Source: Malacoraja senta | Lineage: Eukaryota | NCBI GenBank assembly: GCA_038087875.1 | Contig: CM075991.1 | Coordinates: forward strand, 9,736,001 to 9,799,882 | Reading direction: 5' to 3' | DNA: 63,882 nt | In this document: positions 25,829-37,350 of the stretch, one piece after another | How the letters are laid out: each line of letters opens with the position of its first letter | Position numbering within the stretch: position 1 is the stretch's first letter | The notes under the pieces: generated by a model | Seen by the model: the letters and a program-made list of their open reading frames with translations, nothing else | Told to the model about the DNA's origin: nothing | The model's database searches: none | Program-made: the position numbers and the translations under genes

Positions 25829-26497
25829 AGGGCCTGTCCCACTTACGTGTCCTTGGCATGCAAATTACGCGACCTCATCGTTGCATTGAGGCGCATGGGC
25901 ATCGTATGGCCGCGCGGGGCCGGTCCCACAGAGAAGCGCGGAGGGGTATGTAGTTGTGCGCGACATCTCGCGGGGCTCCGAAATTTTTGTAGCGAATGAA
26001 ATCTTCGCACGGCAACGGCCTGTCACGTAACTGACGGCCAAAGTGGGACAGGCCCAAGACCCAACGCAATGTCTCACCTCCAACAGCAGCAGAAGCAGGC
26101 AAACGATCGCCAAGCTCGGCCTGGGGCTCACAGCTGTTGCGGTCCGGATCCGCCCCCACTTCCACTCCCAGAGCGGGGCCAAGAAAAATGAAGATAGACA
26201 CAAAATGCTGGAGCAACTCAGCGGGACCGGCAGCATCTCTGGAGAGAAGCAATGGGTGACGTTTCGGGTCAAGACCCTTCTTTCAGACTGAAGAAGAGTC
26301 TCGACCCGAAACCTTCTCTCCAAAGATGCTGCCGGTCCCGCTGAGTTACTCCTGCATTTTGTGTCCATCTTCAAATGATGTCACGCGCTCCAGACGGCTG
26401 TGCGGGCGCATGAAATCGCGCGCGACCTTCGCGGGCGGCTCAACGCGACGAGGTTGCGTAATTAGCGTGCCAAGGACACGTAAGTGGGACAGGGCCT
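25829..26497. mobile_element. Composite Harbinger-type MITE carrying an internal TIR end and a Penelope foldback
   Basis: ~47-bp outer TIRs AGGGCCTGTCCCACTTACGTGTCCTTGGCA.../...TGCCAAGGACACGTAAGTGGGACAGGGCCT with TTA/TAA flanks; internal GTGGGACAGGCCC at ~26043-26055; foldback at 26190-26373. Confidence 0.8.
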
Positions 26498-27476
26498 TAA
26501 GCCAGAAAGGCTAAAATGTTACGGAAAGACGGGTAATACCAACTGGACTGCATGAGTGGACTTTCTTATCGTAAACAAATGGGCGGAAGCACGTCGCTGA
26601 CCTAAATACCAGAAGTGACATGGATCGTAAGGAAGCAAGCCGATCACAAGTTTAACTCTACCCAAGAAGAACTGTGAAACCAATAAGCACACTCAATTTT
26701 TGTTGCACCAGAAACTAAGTGATTGTGAAAACTGATGATCGGGTAAGCATTGGCTGAATATGGAATCACGAGGAAAAGGAACCTGCCACTGCTATCTCAT
26801 TTAAACATGCAGCTTGACCTCCACACTAGGCTTGGCCCAGTTCTAAACCTGGCAGTGTCAGAACCCTGTGAGCCCATCAGGGCAGTCGAGGCAGTATTTG
26901 ATCAAAAGGATAGTCTGGAACTTTCACCATCACATCTAATCTTCATGTCCACCACTTCCCTCACAAAACATTTTCCAAATACATAATAAAATGTTTACAA
27001 AATAAATATCCAACTCTATCTCTCCATTATTCCAGGGACAGGTTATTAATCCCACGACTTTAAAAAAAATCAAAATATTCAGGGTTGGGTCACAGGGATG
27101 ACACATCTGCTGATGCACAATACCTTTTTCCATCACGCAATTCACATATTTTTAAAAAAAATGAAGGCACTCCTCAGCCAAGGTGTTATGTCAATGTCCT
27201 ACAAGTGATGAAACTGCTCAGAAAATACTTTTTTTTACAATTTCTGTAAGTACAGGTAACCTTAGCATTACCTCATTGCATAGAACAGAAGAAACTGGAC
27301 CAGTTGTGGAACCAGATCAGAAACAGTGACACACCTCTGTATAATTCTCACAATGAAATTGAGTCACAAGATGCAGATCCAATGTTCAATTCCTGGCATA
27401 TACTCAGCTGGAACTGTGGACAGGGGGCTTCTCAATTGCCTTAAGCATATGTATCTAGGGTTTTCTCCCAAAGACA

Positions 27477-27736
27477 GGTGGCACAGCAGTGGCGTTGCTG
27501 CCTTACAGCGCCGGAGACCCGGGTTCGTTCCTGACCACGGGCGCTTGTCTGTATGGAGTCCGTATGTTCTCCCCGTGTGTTTTATTCAGGATCTCTGGTT
27601 TCCTCCCATACTCCAAAGAAATACAGGTTTGTAGGTTAATTGGTTTGGCATAATTATAAATTGTCTCTAGTGTGTGTTGGATAGTGTTAGTGTGTGGCCG
27701 AAGGGCCTGTTTCCGCACTGTATCTCGAAACTAAAT
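27477..27736 (+). mobile_element. HE1/V-SINE
   Basis: tRNA head, V-domain GGTTTCCTCCCATACTCCAAAGA, tail GGCCGAAGGGCCTGTTTCCGCACTGTATCTC. Confidence 0.85.
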
Positions 27737-28195
27737 CACACACCGACTATTCGTGAAACATCAGGTGAAATCAGGGCCTGACTAAGCGAGTTCAGTATTC
27801 CGAAAAATGAAAGGAATCATGGGATTTGTCAAAGGTCATTTGTGATACAGAAAAAGGGAACGAAGCGATGGCTGTATAAACAGTGTATACATTTTTAACT
27901 ATTCTACCAATGAATTTATCTAGAATTCTGTCAACTCAATTGCTTCCTTTCTTGTTCTGCTGTTCACACACTACTCACACAGTCCCAGTTCTAGTTCACT
28001 TCATTAATCTGCAATTATGAGATATTCAAAAAGTTAAAGAATTTATTATTTTCATTTAATCCTTAATGTGTTTGCTACTGGAATAAGAAAATATTACTTG
28101 TGTTTGAAACATTTTCTTATCTTTATTCATAATTTATGTGTAAAAATATTTAATCTGAGGAACGGGGGAGGGGTGCCAGGTAGCGGGAGAGCGGA

Positions 28196-29159
28196 GTGTA
28201 CAGACCTGCGTTTCATCCGTAGTCAGGATCAAACACGGTTTTCCGGCGCTGCAAGCACTACTGGACCGTCCCAGTCCCCTCCCGAGTGCCCCACCCCTGT
28301 CCGTGGTGACCCTGGACCAACGGGACACCGGCCCGGAGCAGTGGTGGCCCCAGGCTTGCAGCCAGCGTGGAGAAGAAGCGCCAACTCCAGCTCAACTTTG
28401 CTCCAACTCCCGAGGAACTCGTTCCCCGACGGGTCGGGGACCGTCAGCTGCACCTCTCGCCTTATCCAGTGGCTGTCGGTTAACCCCCTCGGTGCCGGCG
28501 AAAGCCGAGCATCAGTCATCAACGGGGATACCCACAAAATGCTGGAGTAACTCAGCAAGTCAGGCAACATCTCTGGAGAAGGGTCTCGACCCATAACGTC
28601 ACCTATTCCTTTTCTCCAGAGATGTTGCCTGCCCCGCTGAGTTACTCCAGCATTTTGTGGATATCCCCATTGATGACTAGTCCCCGGCCCGTTGGGGAAC
28701 GGGTTCACCGGGAGTTGGAGCAGAGTTGAGCTGGAGTTAGCGATTCTTCTTCACGCTGGCTGTAAGCCTGGGGCCGCCATTGCTCCGGGCCGGTGTCCCG
28801 TCAGTCCAGGGTCACCCAGGACATCTCCGGTCACCCCCGGACAGGGATGGGACACTCGGGAGGGGACGGTAGTGACACTCCGCTCACAAATATGCCTCAT
28901 GGGGGTTTGCGGGAGAGGGGTGCATAGTTCGCCCCTGTATAATAACCCCGGGAGGGCCGCCCAAGTGAGAATGGAACCCATACATCCAGGCTGTGGGGGA
29001 CCGGACTGTGATTCATTAGATTGTCACTGCTGAGATTTCTGCATGGACCAGTGGAGAAGGCGGAAATAGTGTCGTTAACTCCAGTAGCAATTCAACAATG
29101 CTTGCAGCGCCGGAGACCCAGTTCGATCCTGACTACAGATGAAACGCAGGTCTGTACAC
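28196..29159. mobile_element. ~1-kb GC-rich chimeric foldback element
   Basis: Three nested inverted arm pairs: 28196-28257/29099-29159, 28274-28441/28680-28867 and 28514-28580/28612-28678. Confidence 0.75.
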
Positions 29160-29600
29160 ACGCAGCAGCTCTGCTGCCGAGAATGTTTTTCTCGAGTGAC
29201 CCATAACCTGGGCATGTGCAGTCAGAATATCGAACTCACTTATTATGCTGTTGCCCTTTCCTTTTAAGTTTGAACAGATTCCTAATGACTACCGAAAAAA
29301 GTATCAACAAAACCCTGCCGCAATGAAATCACAAGTGAGGCAGGAGCATTCAAAAACAATTGTAAAAAGAAAACCCATGATTGTGATACCTTCATTCTGC
29401 AACAGGGGTTTATAATGCATACGTCCACTAATGATCACATAACCTTCTGCAGATACATTTACCAGGCCACACGACTTTTTTTACTAGTCTTGGAAGCAAT
29501 TCAGGGGTGCAATCAATTTCCAATGCCTGCGTATTGCGTAGAATTCTTTTTTAATAATTTTACTTGGCAGCTAATGCATTAGAACCACCCTGGTTTACAG

Positions 29601-29800
29601 NNNNNNNNNNNNNNNNNNNNNNNNNNNNNNNNNNNNNNNNNNNNNNNNNNNNNNNNNNNNNNNNNNNNNNNNNNNNNNNNNNNNNNNNNNNNNNNNNNNN
29701 NNNNNNNNNNNNNNNNNNNNNNNNNNNNNNNNNNNNNNNNNNNNNNNNNNNNNNNNNNNNNNNNNNNNNNNNNNNNNNNNNNNNNNNNNNNNNNNNNNNN
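29601..29800. other. Assembly gap (200 N)
   Basis: Run of N of round length, typical of a placeholder; true size unknown. Confidence 1.
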
Positions 29801-30275
29801 ATCCCATTCTCCTGCCTTCTCCCCGTAACCTCTGACACCCGTACTAATCAAGAATTTGGCAATCTCCACCTAAATGACTTAGACTTAGATAGATTCCTTT
29901 ATTATCATTCAGACCTTTCGGTCTGAACGAAATTCCGTTGCCTGCAGTCATACATATAATAAATAACAAAACACACAATAAACACAAATTAACATCCACC
30001 ACAGTGAGTTCACCAGGCACCTCCTCACTGTGATGGAGGCAAAAGTCTTAAAGTCTCTGTCTCTTCCCTCTTTGTTCTCCCTCTGCGCTGAGGCGATCCA
30101 GGCTTCTGACGTTGTGACCCCGCCGGGTGATGGTAAGTCAGTCCCTGGTAAATAAATGGTAAATAGATGGTAAATAAATCCATTGACAGCCTCCACAGTC
30201 ATCTGTGGCGATGAATTCCACAGATTTACCACCCTCTGACTAAAGCAATTCCTCCTCGTCTCCTTTCCAAAGGTA
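29801..30275 (-). mobile_element. CR1 3' fragment interrupted by a Rex-type tail insertion (~29875-30160)
   Basis: CR1 sequence resumes at ~30175 (AATCCATTGACAGCCTCCACAG). Confidence 0.7.
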
Positions 30276-30602
30276 TATGTGTACGGTCACAAATAAAAAT
30301 CACTGTGTTCTAGAGGGGAGCTTCACACCGCCACCTTGACTAATACAAAATCCACCAAAAAGTCAAAGCAATTTGGCGAAAAATCAGAAAAGACCAGTTA
30401 TTAATGGCTTTGTCAGTCAGAACATTGATGTTAACGATTGTGTGATTGAATCCAAATTGAGACAAAAAATACGTACAGAAGATTAAAGTTGTAGAAAATT
30501 ATTTGGGTCATATTGTCACCGTGACATGAGAAGCGAGCACCGCAAAGATCACGTGGTCCAGGAATGTAAATGGATCTCAGCTGTACAACCAGGTTGGTAG
30601 AT

Positions 30603-31262
30603 AGTGTAGGAAGGAACTGCAGATGCTGGTTTAAACCGAAGATAGACACAAAAAGCTGGAGTGACTCAGCGGGACAGGCAGCATCTCTGGAGAGAAGGAA
30701 TGGGTGACGTTTTGGGTTGAGACCCTTCTTCAGACTGGTTAGGGATATGGGAAACGAGAGATATGTAAACGAGCTATGATGTAGAGAGATAAAGGACAAT
30801 GAATGAAAGATATGCAAAAAAGTAATGATGATAAAGGAAACAGGCCGTTGTTAGCTGTTGGTACACAAAAATGCTGGAGAAACTCAACGGGTGCAGCAGC
30901 ATCTATGGAGCGAAGGAAATAGGCAACATTTCGGGTCGAAACCCTTCTTCATTGTTAGCTGTTTGTTGGGTGAAAACGAGAAGCTAGTGAAAGTTGGGTG
31001 GGGGAGGGATAGAGAGAGAGGGAATGCTGGGGTTACTTGAAGTTAGAGGAATCAATATTCATACCACTGGGCCGTAAGCTGTCCAAGCGAAATAAGAGGT
31101 GCTGTTCCTCCAATTTGCGTTTAGCCTCACTCTGACAATGGAGGAGACCTAGGACAGGAAGGTCTGTGCGGGAATGGGAAGGAGAATTAAAGTGTTTAGC
31201 GACCGGGAGATCAGGTAGGCTCAGGCAGAACGAGCGAAGGTGTTCAGTGAAACGATCGGCCA
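30603..31262 (-). mobile_element. Penelope-like 3' fragment with a nested 92-bp Penelope end (30860-30951)
   Basis: GIY-YIG C-terminus (RKLEEQHL-like) on the - strand; nested copy flanked by TSD TTGTTAGCTGTT (30848-30859, 30952-30963). Confidence 0.88.
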
Positions 31263-31535
31263 GTTATCCCCAGTTCCCCCATATTCCTTTGTTGCTGTTT
31301 CAATGGCTGTATCCATGCAATATTAAATAAACATCACATTCATTGTTGCGGAAATAAACCATGTGCAGAGCAAGCTTTCCTGGTGTTATTCCAATAAGAA
31401 GATGATTTGGCTTGAGGATAATAAAGGCAGTCATCACTTTGATGTGTTGCTGAGCTGGGAGTCTAATTCGAGTCGTCAGGATGTCCGTAGTTTTGTTTGT
31501 GGGATTCTCACTGGGTTTACATACGGGGAAATATT

Positions 31536-31850
31536 TTAGAGTCATCCAGCATGGAAACAGGCCCTTCGGCCCAACTCCTCCATTCCAACTAAGATGCCCC
31601 ATCCAAGCTAATCTTCTGTGCCCGCATTTGATTCATATTTCTCTAAACTTTTCCTATTCATGTATCTGTCTCAGTGTCTTTCAATTGTTGTTATAGTACC
31701 TGCCTCAGCTACCTCCTCCAGCAGCTCATTCCTTAAACACACCACCCTCTGGGTGGAAAGGTTGTCCCTCAGGTCCCTATTAAATCTTTCCCCGCTCACC
31801 TTAAACCCATGTATCTTTATTCTTGATTCCCCTACCTTGGGTAAAAAAAT
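31536..31850 (-). mobile_element. CR1/HER1 3' fragment
   Basis: HGFKVSGERFNRDLRDNLSTQRVV in the ORF track. Confidence 0.8.
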
Positions 31851-31879
31851 GGATGCATTCAATAAAATTCTGTGCATTT

Positions 31880-32338
31880 CTAGTTTGGAGATACAGCGCG
31901 GAAACAGGCCCATCGCGCCAACCAACGATCCCAGTACACAAACACTACCCTGCACATTAGGGACAATTTTACAATTTTGACCAAAAACAATTAACCTACA
32001 AACCTGTACGTCTTTGGAGTGTGGGAAAAAATGCTGAGCGCCCGGAGAAAAACCCACGCGGTCACGGGGAGAACGTACAAGAAACAAGATACATTTATTA
32101 GTCACATGTGCCAGATGGAAATGAATCCCCATACAGCCATACACTAAAATACAGAACACAACACACAATAGAGTTCAACATAAAACATCCCCACGCAGCA
32201 GAATCAAACGTTTCCCACTGTGAGGGAAGGCACCAAAGTCAGTCTAACGTGCAAACTCCTTACAGACAGCACCCGTGGTCAGGATGGAACCTGGGTCTCT
32301 AGTTTCTGTAAGGCAGCAACTCTACCACTACGCCACGT
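31880..32338 (-). mobile_element. HE1/V-SINE split by a Rex-type tail (~32085-32245)
   Basis: SINE halves join at AACGT(A/G)CAA. Confidence 0.75.
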
Positions 32339-32777
32339 AATTTTTAATTGTCTTTAAAATGTTATTTTTATAAAGAATATTTAAAATTAATATTTTCTTT
32401 CAAAATATTCAGAAGGGGCTTCACTTTAAGGAGGTAATTTGGTCGCCCAGGTGCATAGAGAGGTCTGATTTAAGGGAGTTGCACAGTGGCACAGGTATTG
32501 GAGGTAGCTCCAGAGGTACTGGTTCAATCCTGACCATGTACGCTGTGTGGACTTTGCACATTCTTCCCGCAACCACCAGTGTATCTATCCACTTCCCAAA
32601 GAGGTGCAAGTTAGCAGGTTAATTGAGCGCTGTAAACAGTCCCTAGTGTGTAGGTTAGTGGTAGACTCTGAGGGGAGTGATGGGAATGGTGTTAGTGTGA
32701 TGAAGTGAACCCGAGGTGTAGACCATGGGGCATTGTGAGCAAGGCAGCAGCTGGATTGCACACCCGAGCAATTCAGA

Positions 32778-33380
32778 GTTTAGAGATACAGTGTGGAAAC
32801 AGGCCCTTCGGTCCACGACGACCAACAAGTGCAATTAGGCCATTCGACCCATCAAGCCTACTCCATTCAATCATGGCTGATTTATCTTTCCCTCTCAAAC
32901 ACATTCTCCTGCCTTCTCCCCATAACCCCTGACACCCGTAACAGTCAAAAGTCCGTCTATCTCTGCCTTAAAAATATCCATTGACTTGGCCTCCACAGCC
33001 TTCTGTGGCAATGAATTCCACAGATTCACCACCCTCTGACTAAAGAATTTGCTCCTCATCTCGTTTCTAAAGGTCATAAGGCCATAAGCGATAGGAGTAG
33101 AATTAGGCCATTCGGCCCATCAAGTCTAGTCCACCATCCGATATAACTCTTAGTGCTAACAGAATCAAGGGATATGGGGAAAAAGCAGGAACGGGGTACT
33201 GATTTTGGATGATCAGCCATGATCATATTGAATGGCGGTTCTGCCTCGAAGGGCCGAATGGCCTACTCCTGCATCTATGTTTCTATGTTTCTATTCAATC
33301 ATTCATGATCTATCTCTCCCTCCTAACTCATTTCTCCTGCCTTATCCCCATAACCTCTGACACCTGTATTAATCAAGAAA
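32778..33380. mobile_element. Cluster of nested CR1 3' fragments in both orientations plus a SINE tail
   Basis: Repeated RVVNLWNSLPQ and GGCCGAATGGCC tail segments. Confidence 0.75.
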
Positions 33381-33472
33381 AGGAATGTCCTTTGATCCTG
33401 GGGATGTGACCTCTGGTGCTAGACTCTGTTGTAGTGTTGTTTGTTCTAACTGTTCTCTCTGCTTCCTTGCAG

Positions 33473-33541
33473 CCGCTGCTGTGAAAAGAAGAGCTGTGGC
33501 AACAGGAACGAAACTCCATCGGACCCCGTCATCATTGACAG
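33473..33541 (+). CDS. EBF2: COE/EBF transcription factor exon 6 (zinc knuckle of the DNA-binding domain), (S)[22 protein letters not shown](R)
   Basis: Branch point TTCTAAC, polypyrimidine tract and TTGCAG acceptor; 69-bp exon; CAG|GTAAGG donor. Matches the conserved COE sequence; CCEKK rather than CCDKK favours EBF2 over EBF1/3. Confidence 0.93.
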
Positions 33542-33815
33542 GTAAGGAACAGTGTCTCACAGTCCTGCCGAGGTGAAGTGTTTGGAGCCTTGCCTGGGAA
33601 AGGTGAGGGTCGGGGTGGGGCGAGATGCTTTGACCTGCTTCCCCCTCCCGAGATTTTCCGCCCTGTGTTCAACATGGTGCGTGGAGTCTCGTCATCTCTC
33701 TCAGATGGAAGTGGGGAGGGCGAGTTGGCTGTGAGGAGTTGATGGTAAGATTGGCACAGAGTGCAGCAATGGTCCTGTATAACTGGTGTCTGTATCAGTG
33801 ATCCAAGGTTAAGGC

Positions 33816-34130
33816 TTACCTACTTACTTACTTACTGCCTTTTATTCCTCCTGCCATGTAGGGCAGCAACGAAGGTACTCCACTCAGTAGTGTTGATTCC
33901 TTCAGTTGCTGTTTCCGTAACATATTTGTTTTACGAGACAGGGTTGTTAGCCCCGTGCTCAACCTCCAACCTGGAGGACCAGTGGATCGCTCTTCGTCTC
34001 GCCTCTACCCTTCCACCTGTCCAGCATGGGAGACCCTAACAGGAGACGAATCTCCCGCTGGCATAGCTCTAGGGGTCACTGAGACACACAAGTTCCCCGA
34101 ACACGACAAGGTTGCAATCTAACGGGGAAC
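33816..34130 (-). mobile_element. Bipartite non-autonomous RTE-type element (5' UTR plus 3' tail), 315 bp
   Basis: TSD AGGTTAAGGC (33806-33815, 34131-34140); RTE-like head ACCTTGTCGTG...GAGCTATGCC...CTGGTCCTCCAGGTTG; (TAAG)n tail. Confidence 0.8.
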
Positions 34131-34451
34131 AGGTTAAGGCATGACGATGCAACTTGGGTTACAGGTTTACACACAGATTAAGGAAGCACAGTGAAAGATA
34201 TGGTTAAAATACAGAACACGGCATGGGCTGGAAATCTGAGATAAAGGCTGAGGCACAAAACTAAGTGCCGGAGGAACTCAGTGGGTCGAGCAGCATCTGT
34301 GTAAGTGGAACTCATTGTCAATCTAAAAAAATTGAGACTCTGCATTATTCCTGGTGCAGGCCTCGACTCAAAACATAGACAGAAGACAGACACAAATGGC
34401 TGGTGTAATTCAGCGGGTCAGGCAGCATCTCTGGAGAAAAGGAATCGTCGA

Positions 34452-34810
34452 TGGTACAGAGGTGTATAAAATCATAAGAGGAACAGGTCGGGTAGATGCA
34501 CAGAGTCTCTTGCCCAGAGTCGGGTAATCGAGGACCAGAGGACGTAGGTTTAAGGTGAAGAGGAAAAGATTTGATAGGAATCTGAGGGGTAACATTTTCA
34601 CACAAAGGTGTGGTGGGTGTATGGAACGAGCTGCCAGAGGAGGTAGTTGAGGCTGGGACATTTAAGAAACAGTTAGACAGGTACATTGATGAGACAGGTA
34701 TGGAGGGATATGGGCCAAATGCAGGCAGGTGGGACTAGTGTAGCTGGGACATGTTGGCCGGTGTGGTCAAGCTGGGCGGAAGGGCCTGTTTCCACACTGT
34801 AGGACTCTGT
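34452..34810 (+). mobile_element. CR1/HER1 3' fragment
   Basis: EVYKIIRG...RTRGRRFKV...VWNELPEEVVEAG; SINE-shared tail. Confidence 0.85.
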
Positions 34811-35756
34811 GAGCCTATTCTTCAAAACGGACAATTCTTTTCCACTCACAGATGCTGCTTGACCCACTGAGTTCCTCCTGCAATTTGTTCTTTTGCTCCA
34901 GATTCCAGCATCTGCAGTCTCTTATGTCTCTGATAAAGTCAACACACTCTGTAAATACTCACCAGGCCTGTCAGCATCTGTGAAGACAGAAACGGTGAAT
35001 GTATCTGGGTTTTTTCTTTGTCTCTTGCCGGTAGCTTTGGCGACGTCTGAATCGTTTGGTTAGAATGGTTCGACTTTGTGAAGGTTCTCCAAAGCAGAAC
35101 ATTGTAGTTTGAGACCATTGATCGCAAACAAGCAACAGGTTATGAGATGAACATCACACAATCCCTTTGCAAACGAGAGTGAATGCCAAGTCAACTATTT
35201 GGTATCTATATAAATTTAACAAGAAAAATTGGATGCCTTTAGCCATGGGATTAAAAAAAATATTGTTATGTTTATACATGTGACAAGTCTTCTTGGATTG
35301 CTCATTGAACTTGTGTTTCATCAAATAAGCCTTCCAAGTTTGTTTTGCCCCAAGCCATTGAAACATATTGAAGGGAGCAGCTTGCTGGCTAGTCATTGCT
35401 TATTGGAACAGCCTCCTATGTTGTTGGTGCTAATCTGCTCATTACATTGTAACCTGCCCCAAAGCAGATGACTCAGGGCTCTTGGTCCCCTGAACGAGGT
35501 AATGTAATCAACTTGCTTGCTGTTGCTCTCTGGATTCCTTTAGCTGGAAGGTCCCCCAAAGGTAATGGTTGTCTTGCTGTGCATAACTGTGGTTGAAAGA
35601 GCTAAATGCAAGAGGAAAGCTGTGTGTGTGTGACTCGTTATGGATGTGTTGGTTTAATGGGTTATGTTGATGAACAGTTATTCCACAGTAAATTAAACCT
35701 TAAACCAAAACTACACAGGTTGGTAATATGAAACAAGACCAGAAAATGCTTGAAAC

Positions 35757-35913
35757 ACCCCAAAGGCGTACAGGTTTGTTGGTTAATTGGCTTTTGGTAA
35801 AAATTGTAAATTGTCCCTAGCGTGTAGGATGGTGTTAGTGTGCAGGCATCGCTGATCGGTGCGGACTCGGTGGACCGAAGAGCCTGTTTCCATGCTGAAT
35901 CTCTAAACTAAAC
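35757..35913 (+). mobile_element. HE1/V-SINE 3' half
   Basis: TTGTCCCTAG...GGACCGAAGAGCCTGTTTCC...CTAAACTAAAC. Confidence 0.75.
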
Positions 35914-36476
35914 TCTGCTGGTCAGGCAGCATCTGTGGAAGGGGAAATAATGAAAGTTTTAGGTTTGGGACCCTTCATCAGAACTGGGAAAGGGAGGGAA
36001 AAAAAGTTGTTTAGAGATAAAGTATAAAAACAGGGCTTTTAACCCAATGAGTCCCCACCGACCAACTCTCACTCATTCACCAAGATAGACACAATGTGAT
36101 TGAATAACTCAGCGGGTCAGGCAGCATCTCCTGCCTGACTCGCTGAGTTACTCCAACGTTTTGTGTCTACCATTGGTATAAACCAGCATCTGCAGTTCTT
36201 TGTTTCCATATTCTATCACCCAGTCACACCTATCTCTATGTTTTCCCACATTTCCCATCCACTCCCTACACTGGAGGTAATGTATAGAGGCCAATAACCT
36301 GCAAACCCACAAGTCTTTCCTCTATAGGTTTGGACTAAAGATTTAAAGATGTCAGTTCAATGACCAAGTGACAGCAAACTAAAAGTGTACACCAAGTAAC
36401 TGTGACCTTGAAGCCACCACAGTGCCACAAAGCCCATCTGACTTCATCAGAGTTCCTTGGGGAACAAAATTGGTTA

Positions 36477-37005
36477 TCAAGATTCAAGATTCAAGCGAGT
36501 TTATTGTCATGTGTCCCAGATAGGACAATGAAATTCTTGCTTTGCTTCAGCACAACAGAACATAGTAGGCATGAATACAGAACAGATCAGTGTGTCCATA
36601 TACCATTATATAAATATATACACACATGAATAAATAAGCAGATAAAGTGCAAATAAACAGATAATGGTCTATTAATGTTCAGAGTTTTGTTTCAGTTGAG
36701 TTTAATAGCCTGTTGGCTGTGGGGAAGTAGCTATTCCTGAACCTGGTCGTTGCAGTCTTCAGGCTCCTGTACCTTCTACCTGAAGGTAGCGGGGAGATGA
36801 GTGCGTGGCCAGGATGGTGTGGGTCCTTGATGATGCTGCCAGCCTTTTTGAGGCAGCAACTATGATAGATCCCCTCGATGGTAGGGAGGTCAGAGCCGAT
36901 GATGGACTGGGCAGTGTTTACTACTTTTTGTAGTCTTTTCCGCTCCAAGGCGCTCAAGTGGCCGAACCAAGCCACGATGCAACCGGTCAGCATGCTCTCT
37001 ACTGT
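36477..37005 (-). mobile_element. Rex1/Babar LINE 3' fragment
   Basis: MLTGCIVAWFG...DPHHPGH...RFRNSYFP; highly similar to 5748-6312. Confidence 0.88.
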
Positions 37006-37350
37006 CTTTCTCCTATATGTAACTCCAAACCCACAGCTCTTAGATACAGCCCAGCAAACTGCAGGGTTAGTTAGGGATGGACAATATACTGTATGGATGG
37101 ACCACTGTACTCTGTAAATGAATGAATCGTAATGTTAAGGAAGGACTCAATCAGAGTTGAATCTGAATTGGCCATTCACCAACACCCATCCAGATGATCA
37201 CGATCTTTGTGCCTTTCATGGCTTGCATGTTTTCCATGGAATTCCCCAAATTTGTGAGACGTTTGGATACTTGTTGAATGCATAGACGTTCTGCTCAGTA
37301 AGTCCAGCCTACGTTGGATCTCCAATGGTACGAGACCTAGTGGAACCCCT

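Noticed and set aside
28068..29033. Overlapping 100-160-aa ORFs on both strands
   Set aside because: By-product of a GC-rich palindrome; no protein family recognised.
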